DNA of 62,949 nt, filler included, from Octopus bimaculoides (lineage: Eukaryota): assembly GCF_001194135.2 (NCBI RefSeq). It is 8 parts of 8 records of this genome, joined end to end, with 100 filler letters (N's around TTAATTAATTAA, not from the genome) between each part and the next. Parts side by side here need not be neighbours in the genome. Positions count along the whole stretch, not along the records: positions 48,254 to 51,281 come from NC_069002.1; positions 51,382 to 56,161 come from NC_068994.1; positions 56,262 to 58,200 come from NW_026349769.1; positions 58,301 to 60,169 come from NW_026417826.1; positions 60,270 to 62,949 come from NW_026325017.1; 3 more parts are not named here. One strand, written 5' to 3'. Position numbers and translations under genes: made by a program. The notes below the pieces were generated by a model. The model saw nothing but the letters and a program-made list of their open reading frames with translations. It was not told the origin of the DNA and did no database searches. This document shows positions 51,161 to 62,949 of this stretch, one piece after another. The stretch's first letter is position 1. Each line of letters begins with the position of its first letter.

Positions 51161-52968
51161 TCTTCTTCTTCTTCTTTATATATATATGTGTGTGTGTGTG
51201 CGTACATAATATATAATTTAGTAGATCAAACAGCGAAATCCTCATGGTCGAAATCAACAGAGAACCACACATACACCTATANNNNNNNNNNNNNNNNNNN
51301 NNNNNNNNNNNNNNNNNNNNNNNNNTTAATTAATTAANNNNNNNNNNNNNNNNNNNNNNNNNNNNNNNNNNNNNNNNNNNNAAAGTAGAGGTGGTCAGGG
51401 TATGTGCTGTCAGTGATTAATTCTTCATCATCTCTCCTCGTTACAACCCTCCTCACAATGACGACAACAACAACAACAACAACAACAGCAACAGCAGCAA
51501 CAATAGCGAAACCAGTAATAGCGGCAGCAGTAATTAACATAGAAGTTTGGGTGTTGGTGTTCGTAGTGGTGAGTAGCAAGTAGTGCTGTTTAATAGGGGT
51601 GGATAGCATGATGACGACGATGCTGATGATGATGATGATGATGATGATGATAATAATTGCAATCAGGTGATGTAACAATTAAAGTGATTGAGTTTATAAC
51701 ATGGCTTGGGGGTAGGTTGGTGGATGTCTTTTCTGGTGGTGGTGAGGTGTGGTGAAACTTGATTACTTTTTTTTTTCTTTTTTTTTTTAAACAACCTTAA
51801 CCACTATTACTGGTAAAGTGCAGATCCAGATGTCATAATAATAATAATAATAATAACAATAACAATAATAATAATAATTATTATTATTATTATAATAATA
51901 ATAATAATAATCTTTACTACTATAGAGACAAGGCCTAAAATTTCGACAGCGGTGCTGGAAAATAAGTCAATTACATCAACCCCCTACATTCTGCTGGTAC
52001 TGATTTTGTTGACCCCGAAAGGGTGTAATGTAAATTTGACCTTGGCAGAATTTGAACTCAGAACGTGATGACAGATGAAATGCTACTAAGTATTTCGTCT
52101 AATGTGTTTGAATAATAATAAGAATGATGATGATGATGATGATGATTATCATCATCATCATCATGGGGATCTAATGACTCAAGGCTTGTGGGGTGGGATG
52201 GGGTGAGCGATGCAGTCTTTTTTTGGCTGAATCAGTAGAGCCTCAGACAAATATCTATCTTATGTCAGTGTTGTGAGTTCTAATCCCACTGGTGGGGGTT
52301 AAACTCTGCCTCTTGTCCATCTGCGGTCAGTGTAATCGATTGTACTCCCCCCATCCACCCACTTACACTTACCTGAAAAATTTGAGACTTAGAAAGTTAA
52401 GATAATGGTGACGATGATGATGATGTTCATAATTTTCTAGTAAACCATTGTTGTAGTGAAACATCAACAGCACCACCGTCATCATCAACCATTTCCATCA
52501 CCACAGAGCAAGCCAGTGACAAAGCCTCTACCGTGTCAATCAGCCTGCTTGTAATAGCAGCCAAATCTCACTCAAATTAGTATAACCTAAAACTATTGGA
52601 TAATGTTGTGCTGGATGCTCTGTGTCTGTGGGAAAATATGACCAAATGGTCAAAGATGGAATGATTTGGGGTCATGGGTCAGGTCTGCTGGATCAGGGCT
52701 GACCCACGGCTAAGCAACAACAAGAATCACACGTGTTTGAGACGTAGCATGTTTCTGTCCACTTGTGAGCTTTGTTGGTCAGTGACAGTGGCGTTGGTGG
52801 TGGCAGTGATGGTGGTGTTAACCTGCATACATATTTAGTTTCTTCATGACAACTCCTGACCATTTGTGCATGTGTGTGTGTGTGTATGTGTGAAGCTACC
52901 TGTTCAAGCCTTTTGTGAAATAAGAGGTTTGTTGTAGGGTGGATGGTGTGTGTGTGTGTAGTTATCAG

Positions 52969-53097
52969 AACCAGTTGGTCAAGCATCAGACAAAACGCCT
53001 TGCATGTATTTAGCTCCAACATTTTTACATTCTGAGAATCAAACTCTAACAAACTTCCAGCATCATCTACATTTGCCATTTATCCTTTCCCCCTGGG
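52969..53097 (+). CDS. Candidate symmetric internal exon, product unknown
   Basis: AG at 52967-52968 and G|GTAAGG donor. 129 nt, with one open frame (E)PVGQASDKTPCMYLAPTFLHSENQTLTNFQHHLHLPFILSPW. No recognisable homology. Confidence 0.12.
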
Positions 53098-53269
53098 GTA
53101 AGGGTTGGAATTATATATATATATAGATATACCATCTTATATCTTTCTTCTCCCACTCTCCTTTCAACTGGCCAGTATCTCTTCAATTGTAAGATGTCTA
53201 TTTTTGTCTCCCCATTCATATTCTAATTTCTTATCACCAGGCACAAAGCCCCCTCCTTCAATCGAGGGA

Positions 53270-53490
53270 TCTTTCCTCGGAAGGTACTTGGTGGCCTCTT
53301 TGCTGCTGGTGCCACATAAAAACAAACCCCCCTCAGTACACTCTGTAAAGGGGTTTGTGTTAGCAAGGGCATCCAACCATACAAATTGTGTCAAAGCAGA
53401 CAGTAGGGTTTGGTGCAGTCTTCTGACTTTCCAGTTCCTGTCAACCCATACAAGCATGGAAAATGGACAATAAATGATGATGATGATACA
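53270..53490 (+). mobile_element. RTE-type 3' tail fragment ending in (GAT)n
   Basis: aagggcatcca...caacccatacaagcatggaaaatggacaataaatgatgatgat is similar to 56950-57095. Confidence 0.6.
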
Positions 53491-54194
53491 TGCGAGTGTG
53501 TGTGTGTTTAGGTATTTCCATATCAGTTCGGTTGTGGTGGTATTGGTGGTAGTGATGCAACTGGCTAAGTCAAAGAAACTTCAGCTTTATCACTAAAATA
53601 AAAAAAAAGACAACAAGCAAACCTTCTGTCCCTATCAAACATCTGCTTTCAAACTAAAGTATTTTGTTGTAGTTGGTCTATCTGAGTTCCCTCCCTTTGT
53701 AAAAGCAGTCAACTGTTGTAACCAAGGGCAGTATTGTTCCCAAATTGCGATATGAATAAAATTAAAATGATAAATAAATAAAATGTGGCTGATTTTTGTG
53801 TAGGTCTCCTGGTCTGTCTGGGTTTACTTTACAAAAACACCAGTGTCTGTCCAGGAATAATGTTGACTGTTATTTCTTCAGTGTAAAATACCTGTAATAT
53901 CTGCGTGTGAAATAACCAGCAGACTTCATGGAGGTTAATCCTTTTTCTCACTATTGAAATCCTTATACATTTTTTCCCTTTTCTGTCTGATAAACTAGGG
54001 AGGGGGTTTCACTCATTCGTAAGTCAGCGTGACTTTTCTTAGGAAAGGTTCGGAACTTCGCTAAACCTCAGCTGACCATAGCATTCATTCAGAAGAGAAG
54101 AGACAAACCCACTAGGCAGGATGTTAGTCTTTTTCAGGTTGTTTTACTACACACATGTGTATATATATATGTGTGTGTGTATAATTTTCTCAGA

Positions 54195-54236
<42 letters not shown>

Positions 54237-54291
54237 CACAGTTATTAGAAATTGTGTCATGTGGAATAAAGTGCCCCGACAATCTATTCCT

Positions 54292-54331
<40 letters not shown>

Positions 54332-54951
54332 CCTCTCCATGATCGAGTGGTCAGTTCTTTTGATGACCAACTGGAAGATCACAAGTTCATATCCTGCCAC
54401 CAGCAGTATATAATTTCTATTCGTTCCCTGTGTTTGTTAAATCATGACTGAATTTCTTTAGTTCTTGCATTCACAATAACTAGTCCACCACTTGTAGGCT
54501 GTCAATAGGTACCACCCAATATTTTTTTTTTTTTTGCATTTGTTTGTTGTTTCATTACTTTCTGAGATGGAGCTGAAAGTTCAAGTCATACTTGCTGACA
54601 AAAAAACCCCACATAAAACTACTTGTGAACAATAGCAAGATTGAATTTGTTGAGGCAGATTTTCTATGGCCAAAGGTCCCTTCATATGCCAAACCTCACC
54701 TGTTTCCAAGTTAGGCAATATTTCCATATGACCAGATATGTTTTCACAGACGAATGGAAATAAACAACATCACTTGTAAAATGTTGATGCTTACCATGTA
54801 ATCCTTCTGATCTGGAACTCCTGTCTGAAAATCTCATTATCCTCTTTGGCTATCTTTAAGTCTTTCCCTTATAAATATGCTACAGAATACTTGTGGCGTT
54901 TGCTCTAAATTGCTGCTGTATAATATATATAGAAACAATTCAAAACTACAG

Positions 54952-55178
54952 ACAGGCAGGCAGTTATTACAGGCTGGCCCTTCTTGGAACTGGTAGAGAG
55001 GCCGAGGTACCCATAAAGCAGAAGCAGGGGAGCTATAGGACTTGCCCTACGTTCCCACACACCGACCCACATGCCCCCTCGCCTTAACGATGGATTGGCA
55101 GCTATATCATATCCAACTGTGTCCCTCCCACCAGCGCTTGCTCCACACCCAGATAAAGAAAAGAAAATAACTGATTAG
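54952..55178 (+). CDS. Candidate terminal exon, product unknown
   Basis: GC-richer island. One frame reads DRQAVITGWPFLELVERPRYP*SRSRGAIGLALRSHTPTHMPPRLNDGLAAISYPTVSLPPALAPHPDKEKKITD*. About 700 bp of repeat-free A/T-rich, 3'UTR-like sequence follows. Confidence 0.18.
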
Positions 55179-55998
55179 GGACTTATTGTTATAGGCTACT
55201 GTAACCACACACAACACATCCAGTACAGGGCCAGATTTAGACACAAATATTCCTGCGTGAATATATATATATAGACATATCTTAATTTAGTTCTTGCATC
55301 AAAAGGGTTGTGTTAACAATGATTATTACTAATATATGACATCATAAACAGGGAATATAAATATTGCTTGCATGTGTTGAGGATAGGAATCAGTTGTTCT
55401 CTTTTATTATTTTTTTTGTTTCTGGTTAAACTTTTTTCTTTTATATTTGCCAATATTCAACCTTAAGATTTTTATTCCCTTTCTGTGTTTTTAATTTCAT
55501 TATTATTATTATTTTAATTTCTTGTAAATTTTTTTTTTTGGTATAATTCTTATGATTTTATTTTTTCGTTTATAGTTTTAAAACCTAATTCTAAATTTTA
55601 ATAATATCAGTGATAAAAGTAATAATAATAATAATGTTTTTTTTTAATAATTTTAATACCAATTTTAAAAAAAAATAATAATAACGATAATATAAAAAAA
55701 AATTGTTCAGAGTTCTTTAAAAAGAAGTTTTTTTTTTTCAAAAAGTAAAATGATATAAATTAAAAAAAAAAAAATATATATATTGAAAGGTTGTACAAAA
55801 AAAAATATAAAAAAGAAACTGGAATACACCAAATGAAAAAATTTAAGATGTAAAAAAAATCAAAAAAATGATTGAATATATACATATGTATGTATATATA
55901 TGCAAACACACACACATGTATGCAATCATTCATCTGAACATGTCATCAGTGTGTGTGTGTGTATGTGTGCACAGTTGTGTGTGCGAGTGTGTATAAAA

Positions 55999-56034
<36 letters not shown>

Positions 56035-56313
56035 TCATATGTGCATACAGCTCCACACACGCGTACACTCATAAACACGCATCTGTGAAACTAGTAAATC
56101 CCATCCATGTATACATGGCAAAATAGATGCCCATAAACATGAGTGTTTATATATGTATATANNNNNNNNNNNNNNNNNNNNNNNNNNNNNNNNNNNNNNN
56201 NNNNNTTAATTAATTAANNNNNNNNNNNNNNNNNNNNNNNNNNNNNNNNNNNNNNNNNNNNGTCAAGCGATGTTGGGGGGATACAGACACACAAACATAT
56301 ACACACACATATG

Positions 56314-57095
56314 TGGTGAGAATGGACGAGGATAGCTGCATGAAAATGTGCCACACCCTAAGAGTTGAGGGAACCTGTGGAAGAGGTAGGCCCAGGAAGA
56401 CCTGGGCTTAGGTGATGAGGCAAGACCTTCGAACATTGGGCCTCACCGAGGCAATGACTTCTGACCGAGACCTTTTGAAATATGCTGTGCGTGAGAAGAC
56501 CCGTCAAGCCAAGTGAGACCTAAATCCAAGGCCTTTGCCAGGGGTGTAGCCAGCCCACTTATGCGTACCTTTCCTACATTGGACACTAAACTCCGCTTGC
56601 GAAGACTTGTTGAGGGAAGTGAAATCGAAATCGAACTAAAAAAACTAAATTCGACGACTTGTACCGATGCCAATGTCGTCTCCTTCATTGGACACGAAAC
56701 TCACCTTGCGAAGACTTATTGGGGCAAGCGAAATCGAGATAGTACCTGTGCCCAGCGTCGCCTTTCTGGCACTTGTGCCCGTGACATGTGTAAGGATTTT
56801 CGAGTGAGATTGTTGCCAGTGCCCCTGGACTGGCTCTTGTGTGGGTGGCACATACAATACACCATTTTGAGCGTGGCCGTTGCTAGTACCACCTGACTTG
56901 GCCTTCGTGCCGGTGGCATGTAAAAGTACCCACTACACTCTCTTAGTGTTTGGCGTTAGGAAGGGCATCCAGCTGTAGAAACTCTGCCAAATCAGATTGG
57001 AGCCTGGTGTAGCCATCTGGTTTCACCAGTCCTCAGTCAAATCGTCCAACCCATGCCAGCATGGAAAGCGGACGTTAAACAATGATGATGATGAT
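56314..57095 (+). mobile_element. RTE LINE 3' end (ORF C-terminus, 3' UTR, (GAT)n tail)
   Basis: VVRMDEDSCMKMCHTLRVEGTCGRGRPRKTWA*VMRQDLRTLGLTEAMTSDRDLLKYAVREKTRQAK* carries the RTE GRPRKTW motif. Confidence 0.85.
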
Positions 57096-57107
57096 ACATA
57101 TATACGA

Positions 57108-57258
57108 CGGGCTTCTTTCAGTTTCCGTCTACCAAATCCACTCATGAGGCTTTGGTCGGCCCGAAGCTATAGTAGAAGACACTTGCCCAAGGTGCCACAC
57201 AGTGGGAATGAACCCGGAACCATGTGGTTGGTAAGCAAGCTACTTAGCACACAGCCAT
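57108..57258 (-). mobile_element. SINE family A, 5' part (cut by gap)
   Basis: Reverse complement of the head. Confidence 0.8.
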
Positions 57259-57659
57259 NNNNNNNNNNNNNNNNNNNNNNNNNNNNNNNNNNNNNNNNNN
57301 NNNNNNNNNNNNNNNNNNNNNNNNNNNNNNNNNNNNNNNNNNNNNNNNNNNNNNNNNNNNNNNNNNNNNNNNNNNNNNNNNNNNNNNNNNNNNNNNNNNN
57401 NNNNNNNNNNNNNNNNNNNNNNNNNNNNNNNNNNNNNNNNNNNNNNNNNNNNNNNNNNNNNNNNNNNNNNNNNNNNNNNNNNNNNNNNNNNNNNNNNNNN
57501 NNNNNNNNNNNNNNNNNNNNNNNNNNNNNNNNNNNNATGTATATATGTATAAATGTATATATGCATAAATATATATATGTATAGATATATATATATATAT
57601 ACACACGTGTGTATGTATATATATATATATATATATATGTGTGTATATTTATATATACA

Positions 57660-58199
57660 CAGGGGTTGATCAAAATACTGGTAACACTTAAAAATTTCAA
57701 ACGAATTTATTTTGATATGGGTAGGAGCACCTTTGGCAGCAATTACAGTTTTACTTCTATGAGGTATGGACTCATACAAAGCGTGAATTGTTTGCAAAGA
57801 AATTTTTGTCCATTCTTCAGCTAAAACAGTCTCCAGATCTTGTAGTGATGATGCTGGTGGATATCGACTCCTTACTTGCTTTCCTAAAATGAACCATAAA
57901 TGTTTAATGATATTGAGATTTGGGGACTGTGGGTGCCAGATAAGATTTTCAGCTTCACTAGAATGTTCCTCATGCCATTTCATTAACAACTTTAGCCGTG
58001 TGAATTGGTGCATTATCATCCTGAAAGATTGCAATTCTCTTTCGAAAGAGTTCCATAACCATAGGATGAATTAGATCAGATAAAGTGCTTAAATAGTCTT
58101 GACTGTTAATTGTCCCATAAAGAGAAACCATTGGGCTGGTGGATTTCCAAGATATCCCCCCCCCCTCACATCATCACAGATCCTCCTTCATGATTAACA
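57660..58199 (-). mobile_element. Tc1-family transposon 3' half (DDE domain and right TIR)
   Basis: TVNHEGGSVMM*GG, IFQDDNAPIHTAKVV, then WHPQSPNLNIIKHLW..LAEEWTKISL..LYESIPHR..VIAAKGAPT (frameshifted). The terminal repeat reads CAGGGGTTGATCAAAATACTGGTAACAC on the plus strand. Confidence 0.9.
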
Positions 58200-59671
58200 G
58201 NNNNNNNNNNNNNNNNNNNNNNNNNNNNNNNNNNNNNNNNNNNNTTAATTAATTAANNNNNNNNNNNNNNNNNNNNNNNNNNNNNNNNNNNNNNNNNNNN
58301 ATATATACATATATATATACATAAATACGTACACACACACACACACACACACTCATACACACATACATACGCACCCTGTATCTGTGTCTCTGTGTCTCTG
58401 TCACCCCCCCCCATGCACACACACGCTTAAGCATCGCATAGAGCAATATTTCACTTAACGATCTCCTCGTTTAAAGCTCTCCCGCTTTAATGATAGTTTC
58501 CTAAAAATTATAAAGTAAAAATGTAATTAATGGCGCAAAATAATTAATAACCTTTGCTTTAAAAGCTTAATTACCACAATGCATCTCGATAATGAACGCA
58601 CGAGTGTTTGCTTGTTCATTGAGTTATCCAGTTTGTTTGCATGCTGGCGTTGTGCGCGCATTCTGTATTCACGTTTTCTCCGCTATTCTTTTGTCTGAAA
58701 ACTTTTCAACTAATTCATTATGAACTAATTCAAATCTCGCAAAAAGCCGAAGGAGTCTAACAATGGAAGATTCTGTTTATTCCTCTACTCTTAAAGGGCT
58801 CAATGGAATCTTTTCACGACCTGAAAAAAAAAAGAAAGAATCAATTGAGCGTTATCAAAGATTTCTATCTCCTTCGGAATTATTTATCTATCGCAGAGTT
58901 AGTTTACATTTCGAGGCTTACTCTTTCATACAGATTCTTACCATTTCTGCCTGCCATTGAACAATCGAATTCATGGGAAACTCGAAAGCTTAGTCAATGT
59001 TAAGTTCACTTCGATATCCGTTGCCCAAACGATTCGGAAGTCTGATTTACATTAAATACTCTCCGTCTCACTGCTCTTTCATTTCTATCATTTAAACTTG
59101 ATCTTCTTCGGTAGGTCATATTATCTCCTTATCCACATAGACAAACTAGCTCTAACAAAGAAATGGATAAACCTCAATTGATGTCAGTGGATTTAGATTC
59201 TTAGTTCAAGTGTGGGGAAAATTGACTTGGAATATTTGAAATCATTTACAATAAAAACGTATTTTAATCTTCCTTTAAATTAATTTAATCGATACTAAGG
59301 TGCCACCTACTTTCGGCGAATGTCAAATATTCTGGAGACTGCGTTGACGCGTCGGCTGCGGCCTACGTCGATGGCTTTGGTAGTGCGGACGAGCTCCATC
59401 TAACATCGGAGCTGATGCATGCGGGGAAAAGAGGTGTCTTTGTGGTAATCTTCATGGACTACCATGTCGACAGATTGCAGGTCGTATTAGTGGTCTCAAT
59501 GAGATAAACCTAATCGTTAAACGAATCTTAGCTAGGGTAAATATCCTCTTAACTTTAAAGCCAGTGGGATTATCCAGAGATAATGAAAAAAGGGCTAATG
59601 GACTCACTCTTTGTCCTTAAGCTACAGGTAGATACAGGGACGCCACCGTCAGCGACTCATTTGCTCCATCA

Positions 59672-60124
59672 TAGGCGCAGGCGTGGCTGTGTGGTAAGAA
59701 GCTTGCTAACCACCACACGGTTCCGGGTTCAGTCCCACTGTGTGGCATCTTGGGCAAGTGTCTTCTACTATAGCCTCGGACTGACCAAAGCCTTGGGAAC
59801 GGATTTGATAAACGGAAACTGAAAGAAGCCCGTCGTATATATGTATGTATACATTTATATTTATTTGTGCGTGTCTGTCTATATATGTGTTGTTTTTGTG
59901 CCTGACGACTGGTGTTGGTGTGTTTATGTCCCCCGTAAACAGAGTGGCGGTGCCATGGCCCAGTAGTTACGGCAACGGACTCGCGGTTTCAATTCCCAGA
60001 CAAGGTGAGTGTTTATTGAGCGAAAACACGTAAAGCTCCACGAAGCTACGGCAGGGGGTGGTGGCGAACTCTGCTGTACTCTTTCACCACAACTTTCTCT
60101 CACTCTTTCAACCGACAGTGTGCC

Positions 60125-60169
<45 letters not shown>
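59672..60169 (+). mobile_element. SINE family A 5' part fused to an internally deleted SINE family C with a (GTA)n tail
   Basis: Family A head and body to about 59938, then a family C head at 59945 that jumps from ctcactctttc straight to aaccgacagtgtgcc. Confidence 0.75.
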
Positions 60170-60404
60170 NNNNNNNNNNNNNNNNNNNNNNNNNNNNNNN
60201 NNNNNNNNNNNNNTTAATTAATTAANNNNNNNNNNNNNNNNNNNNNNNNNNNNNNNNNNNNNNNNNNNNAGCGCCGCCTAGCCAAGGGAGATAACCTACT
60301 TATAGGAAAGCCCTATAACGTGTACGTAGAAACTACTTGAGATCCTGTCCAGTAGAAAAACGAAAAATAAGAGGTATTATCAGGCATTTAATTGTTATTA
60401 ATGT

Positions 60405-60702
60405 AGTAACGCTGTGCGCATGCGTAGTCTCACGCATGCGTGGAATTCAACAACCAAGCGTTCCCGCTTCTATTCTCTCTCTTTCTTGCTGGCCAGCGAT
60501 TGAGCATGGACGTGTTTAGCTGTCTCTCTACATCTTTCGAACTTACGCTCGACAGCTCGCTTATATCTACATACCAACGTCCCAACAACAATGCTCACAC
60601 ACACAGAAGCTGTAATAACAAACAAGAGCTAAAGATGTATATGTTTACCACCTGAATAAATGTTGTTTAAGTTGATAGTCTGGAGTTCAGCGTTCCGTTA
60701 TA
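60405..60702 (+). mobile_element. Possible solo LTR
   Basis: Ends (A)GTAACG and CGTTCCGTTATA approximate TGTAACG..CGTTACA. AATAAA lies near 60655. No TSD was found. Confidence 0.25.
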
Positions 60703-61954
60703 TTCTTAATTTTATATAGGAAAGTGGTGTACATCTAATGATGTATAACCCACTTTCCTATATTAGAAATTATTAAACGCCTGATAATTATTATCAAGTG
60801 TTAGACTTCCAAGTAGTGGCTCTCCAGCTCGCACTTCATTAAAATGTCAGTTTTTTTAAATTCTCGCGAGAAGCAGCATCGGCAAGAGGCCTTTGAAATG
60901 CAAACATCTGAGAGAAAGATCATACTGTTGCTTTTTCCGCAGCAACGCTCGTCGCCGCTTTGAGATGGTTGACGGAACTCGGAGGAAAATGGGAAGCCGT
61001 CGAGGAAAATAGAAAGGGAGAGAAAACGCAAAGAGAATGATTCCAGACGCATGACTGAAATCTCCCATGAAAAGGAGCCTGTTTGTCTGTTACTCTTGAG
61101 TATCACGGTTCTCCGAAGGAATAATTGGAACCTAATGGAACTGCTGAGACAGCTAAAAGAACAAAGGAAAAAATGTACTGGCTGTAGAAGAAATATATTG
61201 TTGCTGTTGCTGAAGTTTTTGTTGTTGTTTTCAGCAGCTTCATGCAAGTTTCTATTGAACCACGAGACACACATCGTGCACCCGAGGCGTGTGCTGTATT
61301 GTCTTTTGAAGCTAAAAGAGTTGAGGAAAGAGTTTTCCTTGTCAGACCAAGCCTTCATTTATCAATGTCTATAAAAATACTTCATAGTCTATTACTCCTG
61401 CTGTACCAATTAGAAAGGGTTGTTAGACGCATTCCTTAGTTGTCGTAATGATTTTAATTCAACAACTAGTTCACTCAAATTTCTCAGAGTTTTCGATTCG
61501 CTTCTGCACAATAGTATTTTATAATCGCTTGAAACAACGAAAATTACTTATACTGTTGTCATTTTATCAAGGAAAATGTTGCCAGTTTTATTATGTGTCA
61601 TTTGATGGTCTGTCTTTATGTTAAATAGTCATAGAATTTTTATACTGTCGATCTTGCTTGCTTTGCTGCGCTGGGAAGACATTTAAATAATTGATTTGCT
61701 TCTGACTGATATGAAAATAGCAAAAGAGGAAACACCCGAAAAAATTTGCAACGTATGATCTATGCATGTAGTTTATCAAATGTGGATCCCGAAGTATCGA
61801 CACAGCGAAATGTTGCCTTTCAGTAAGTAAACTAAAACCCCAGTACTGCAGCATATATTATGTAGTTATTATATTTTGTTCGTTTGGAATTGTGCAATGC
61901 ATAGAAGTAAATAATAATGAACAACATATCATGGATGATGTAATGCTTTCCCTT

Positions 61955-62155
61955 GTAGGCACTTGGCCAGCAATTTCAGGGGTGTGGGCAAGTCGATTAT
62001 GTCGACACCAGTGTTTAACTGGTACTTATTTCATCGACCCCGAAAGGATGAAAAGCAAAATCGACCTCGGTGGAACTGAATTCAGAACGTAAAGACGGAC
62101 GAAACACCACTAAGCGTTTTTTTCCGGAATGCTAACGATTCTGCCAGCTCGCCGC
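61955..62155 (-). mobile_element. SINE family D
   Basis: Reverse complement of the head at 62155-62130. Confidence 0.8.
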
Positions 62156-62251
62156 ATTCTCATGGATGATGTAATAGAAGTAATGTAACCCAGAACATAC
62201 AATAAAAGGAACAATATGTTTGCTTATTCACTCGTTTAGCAGAGTGGGACA

Positions 62252-62576
62252 GTGGAAGGCGTGTGACTCAGTGGTTAGGGCATTCGGCTGACGATCGTAA
62301 GGTCGTGAGTTTGAAACCCGGCAGCGCATTGTGTCCTTGAGCAACACACTTTATTTTACGTTGCTCCAGTCCACTCGGCTGGCAAAAATGAGTAATGCCT
62401 GTATTTCAAAGGGCCAGCCTTATCACACTCAGTGTCACGCTGAAACTCCCAGAGAATTGCGTTAAGGGCATACGTGTTTGTGGAGTGCTCAGCCACTTGC
62501 ACGTTAATTTCTCGAGCAGGTTGTTCGGTTGATCGAATCAACTGGAACACTCGTCGTCGTAACCGACGAAGTACCA
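62252..62576 (+). mobile_element. SINE family B, full length
   Basis: tRNA head, CORE-like body, and a tail shared with family C (cgtcgtcgtaaccgacg). Confidence 0.85.
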
Positions 62577-62949
62577 GGTAGCAGAGTTGAATAATGAAAG
62601 CGTGTTGGAATCATAACCCAGAGATCATGTCAATTGAAACTAAACTCTGCGAAGAAATGGATATTCATGTAAATATATATACCTTACAGTGAGAGATAAA
62701 AATCATATTATGCAAGAGAGATTTACTCTGGGTCACGAGATTACCAACTGACAGGGGTGCACCAGTCCAAAACCCAAATAGTATAGGGGGCAGAGACGAC
62801 AAGGACTGTTTGCTCAGTATTTTTCCATTGTGTAAGACAAACGAAAGTGCATATGAATACCAGGGAGTTTTTTTTTCCTTGAAGTAGTTGAAATTTGTTT
62901 GTTGGATGAATGTGGAGCAATTGGGATACATTGTTATGTCACCACTTAT

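Noticed and set aside
59310-59520. GC-rich segment with DGARPHY (minus) or AYVDG (plus) motifs
   Set aside because: These are single short motifs in conflicting frames, with no supporting transposase or RT context.
61721-61822. Candidate exon with GTAAGT donor (KRGNTRKNLQRMIYACSLSNVDPEVSTQRNVAF)
   Set aside because: The acceptor is weak, with no homology and no partner exons. It cannot be distinguished from chance.

Overview
AT-rich, gap-ridden animal genomic DNA made mostly of microsatellites, tRNA-derived SINEs and decayed transposons. The SINE families and repeat landscape resemble octopus/cephalopod sequence (inference, not database-checked). No host gene could be identified with confidence, and almost every ORF in the supplied track is a microsatellite or N-gap artefact. 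Supported content: mariner and Tc1 relics, a Penelope-like (RT plus GIY-YIG) element with an inverted arm and a degenerate minimal hammerhead ribozyme, a Ty3/Gypsy LTR-PBS-gag relic, two R4/Dong-type RLE LINE 3' ends, RTE LINE fragments, several MITE-like elements, about four SINE families, and a recent 589-bp duplication. The recurring theme is fold-back rearrangement of mobile elements: a two-left-end mariner, an inverted Penelope arm with a microhomology junction, and 25-197 bp palindromes. CpG appears depleted over roughly 1-19 kb, hinting at an unidentified methylated gene body. Nothing here demonstrates a new biological system; the hammerhead-like motifs and fold-backs are the best leads.
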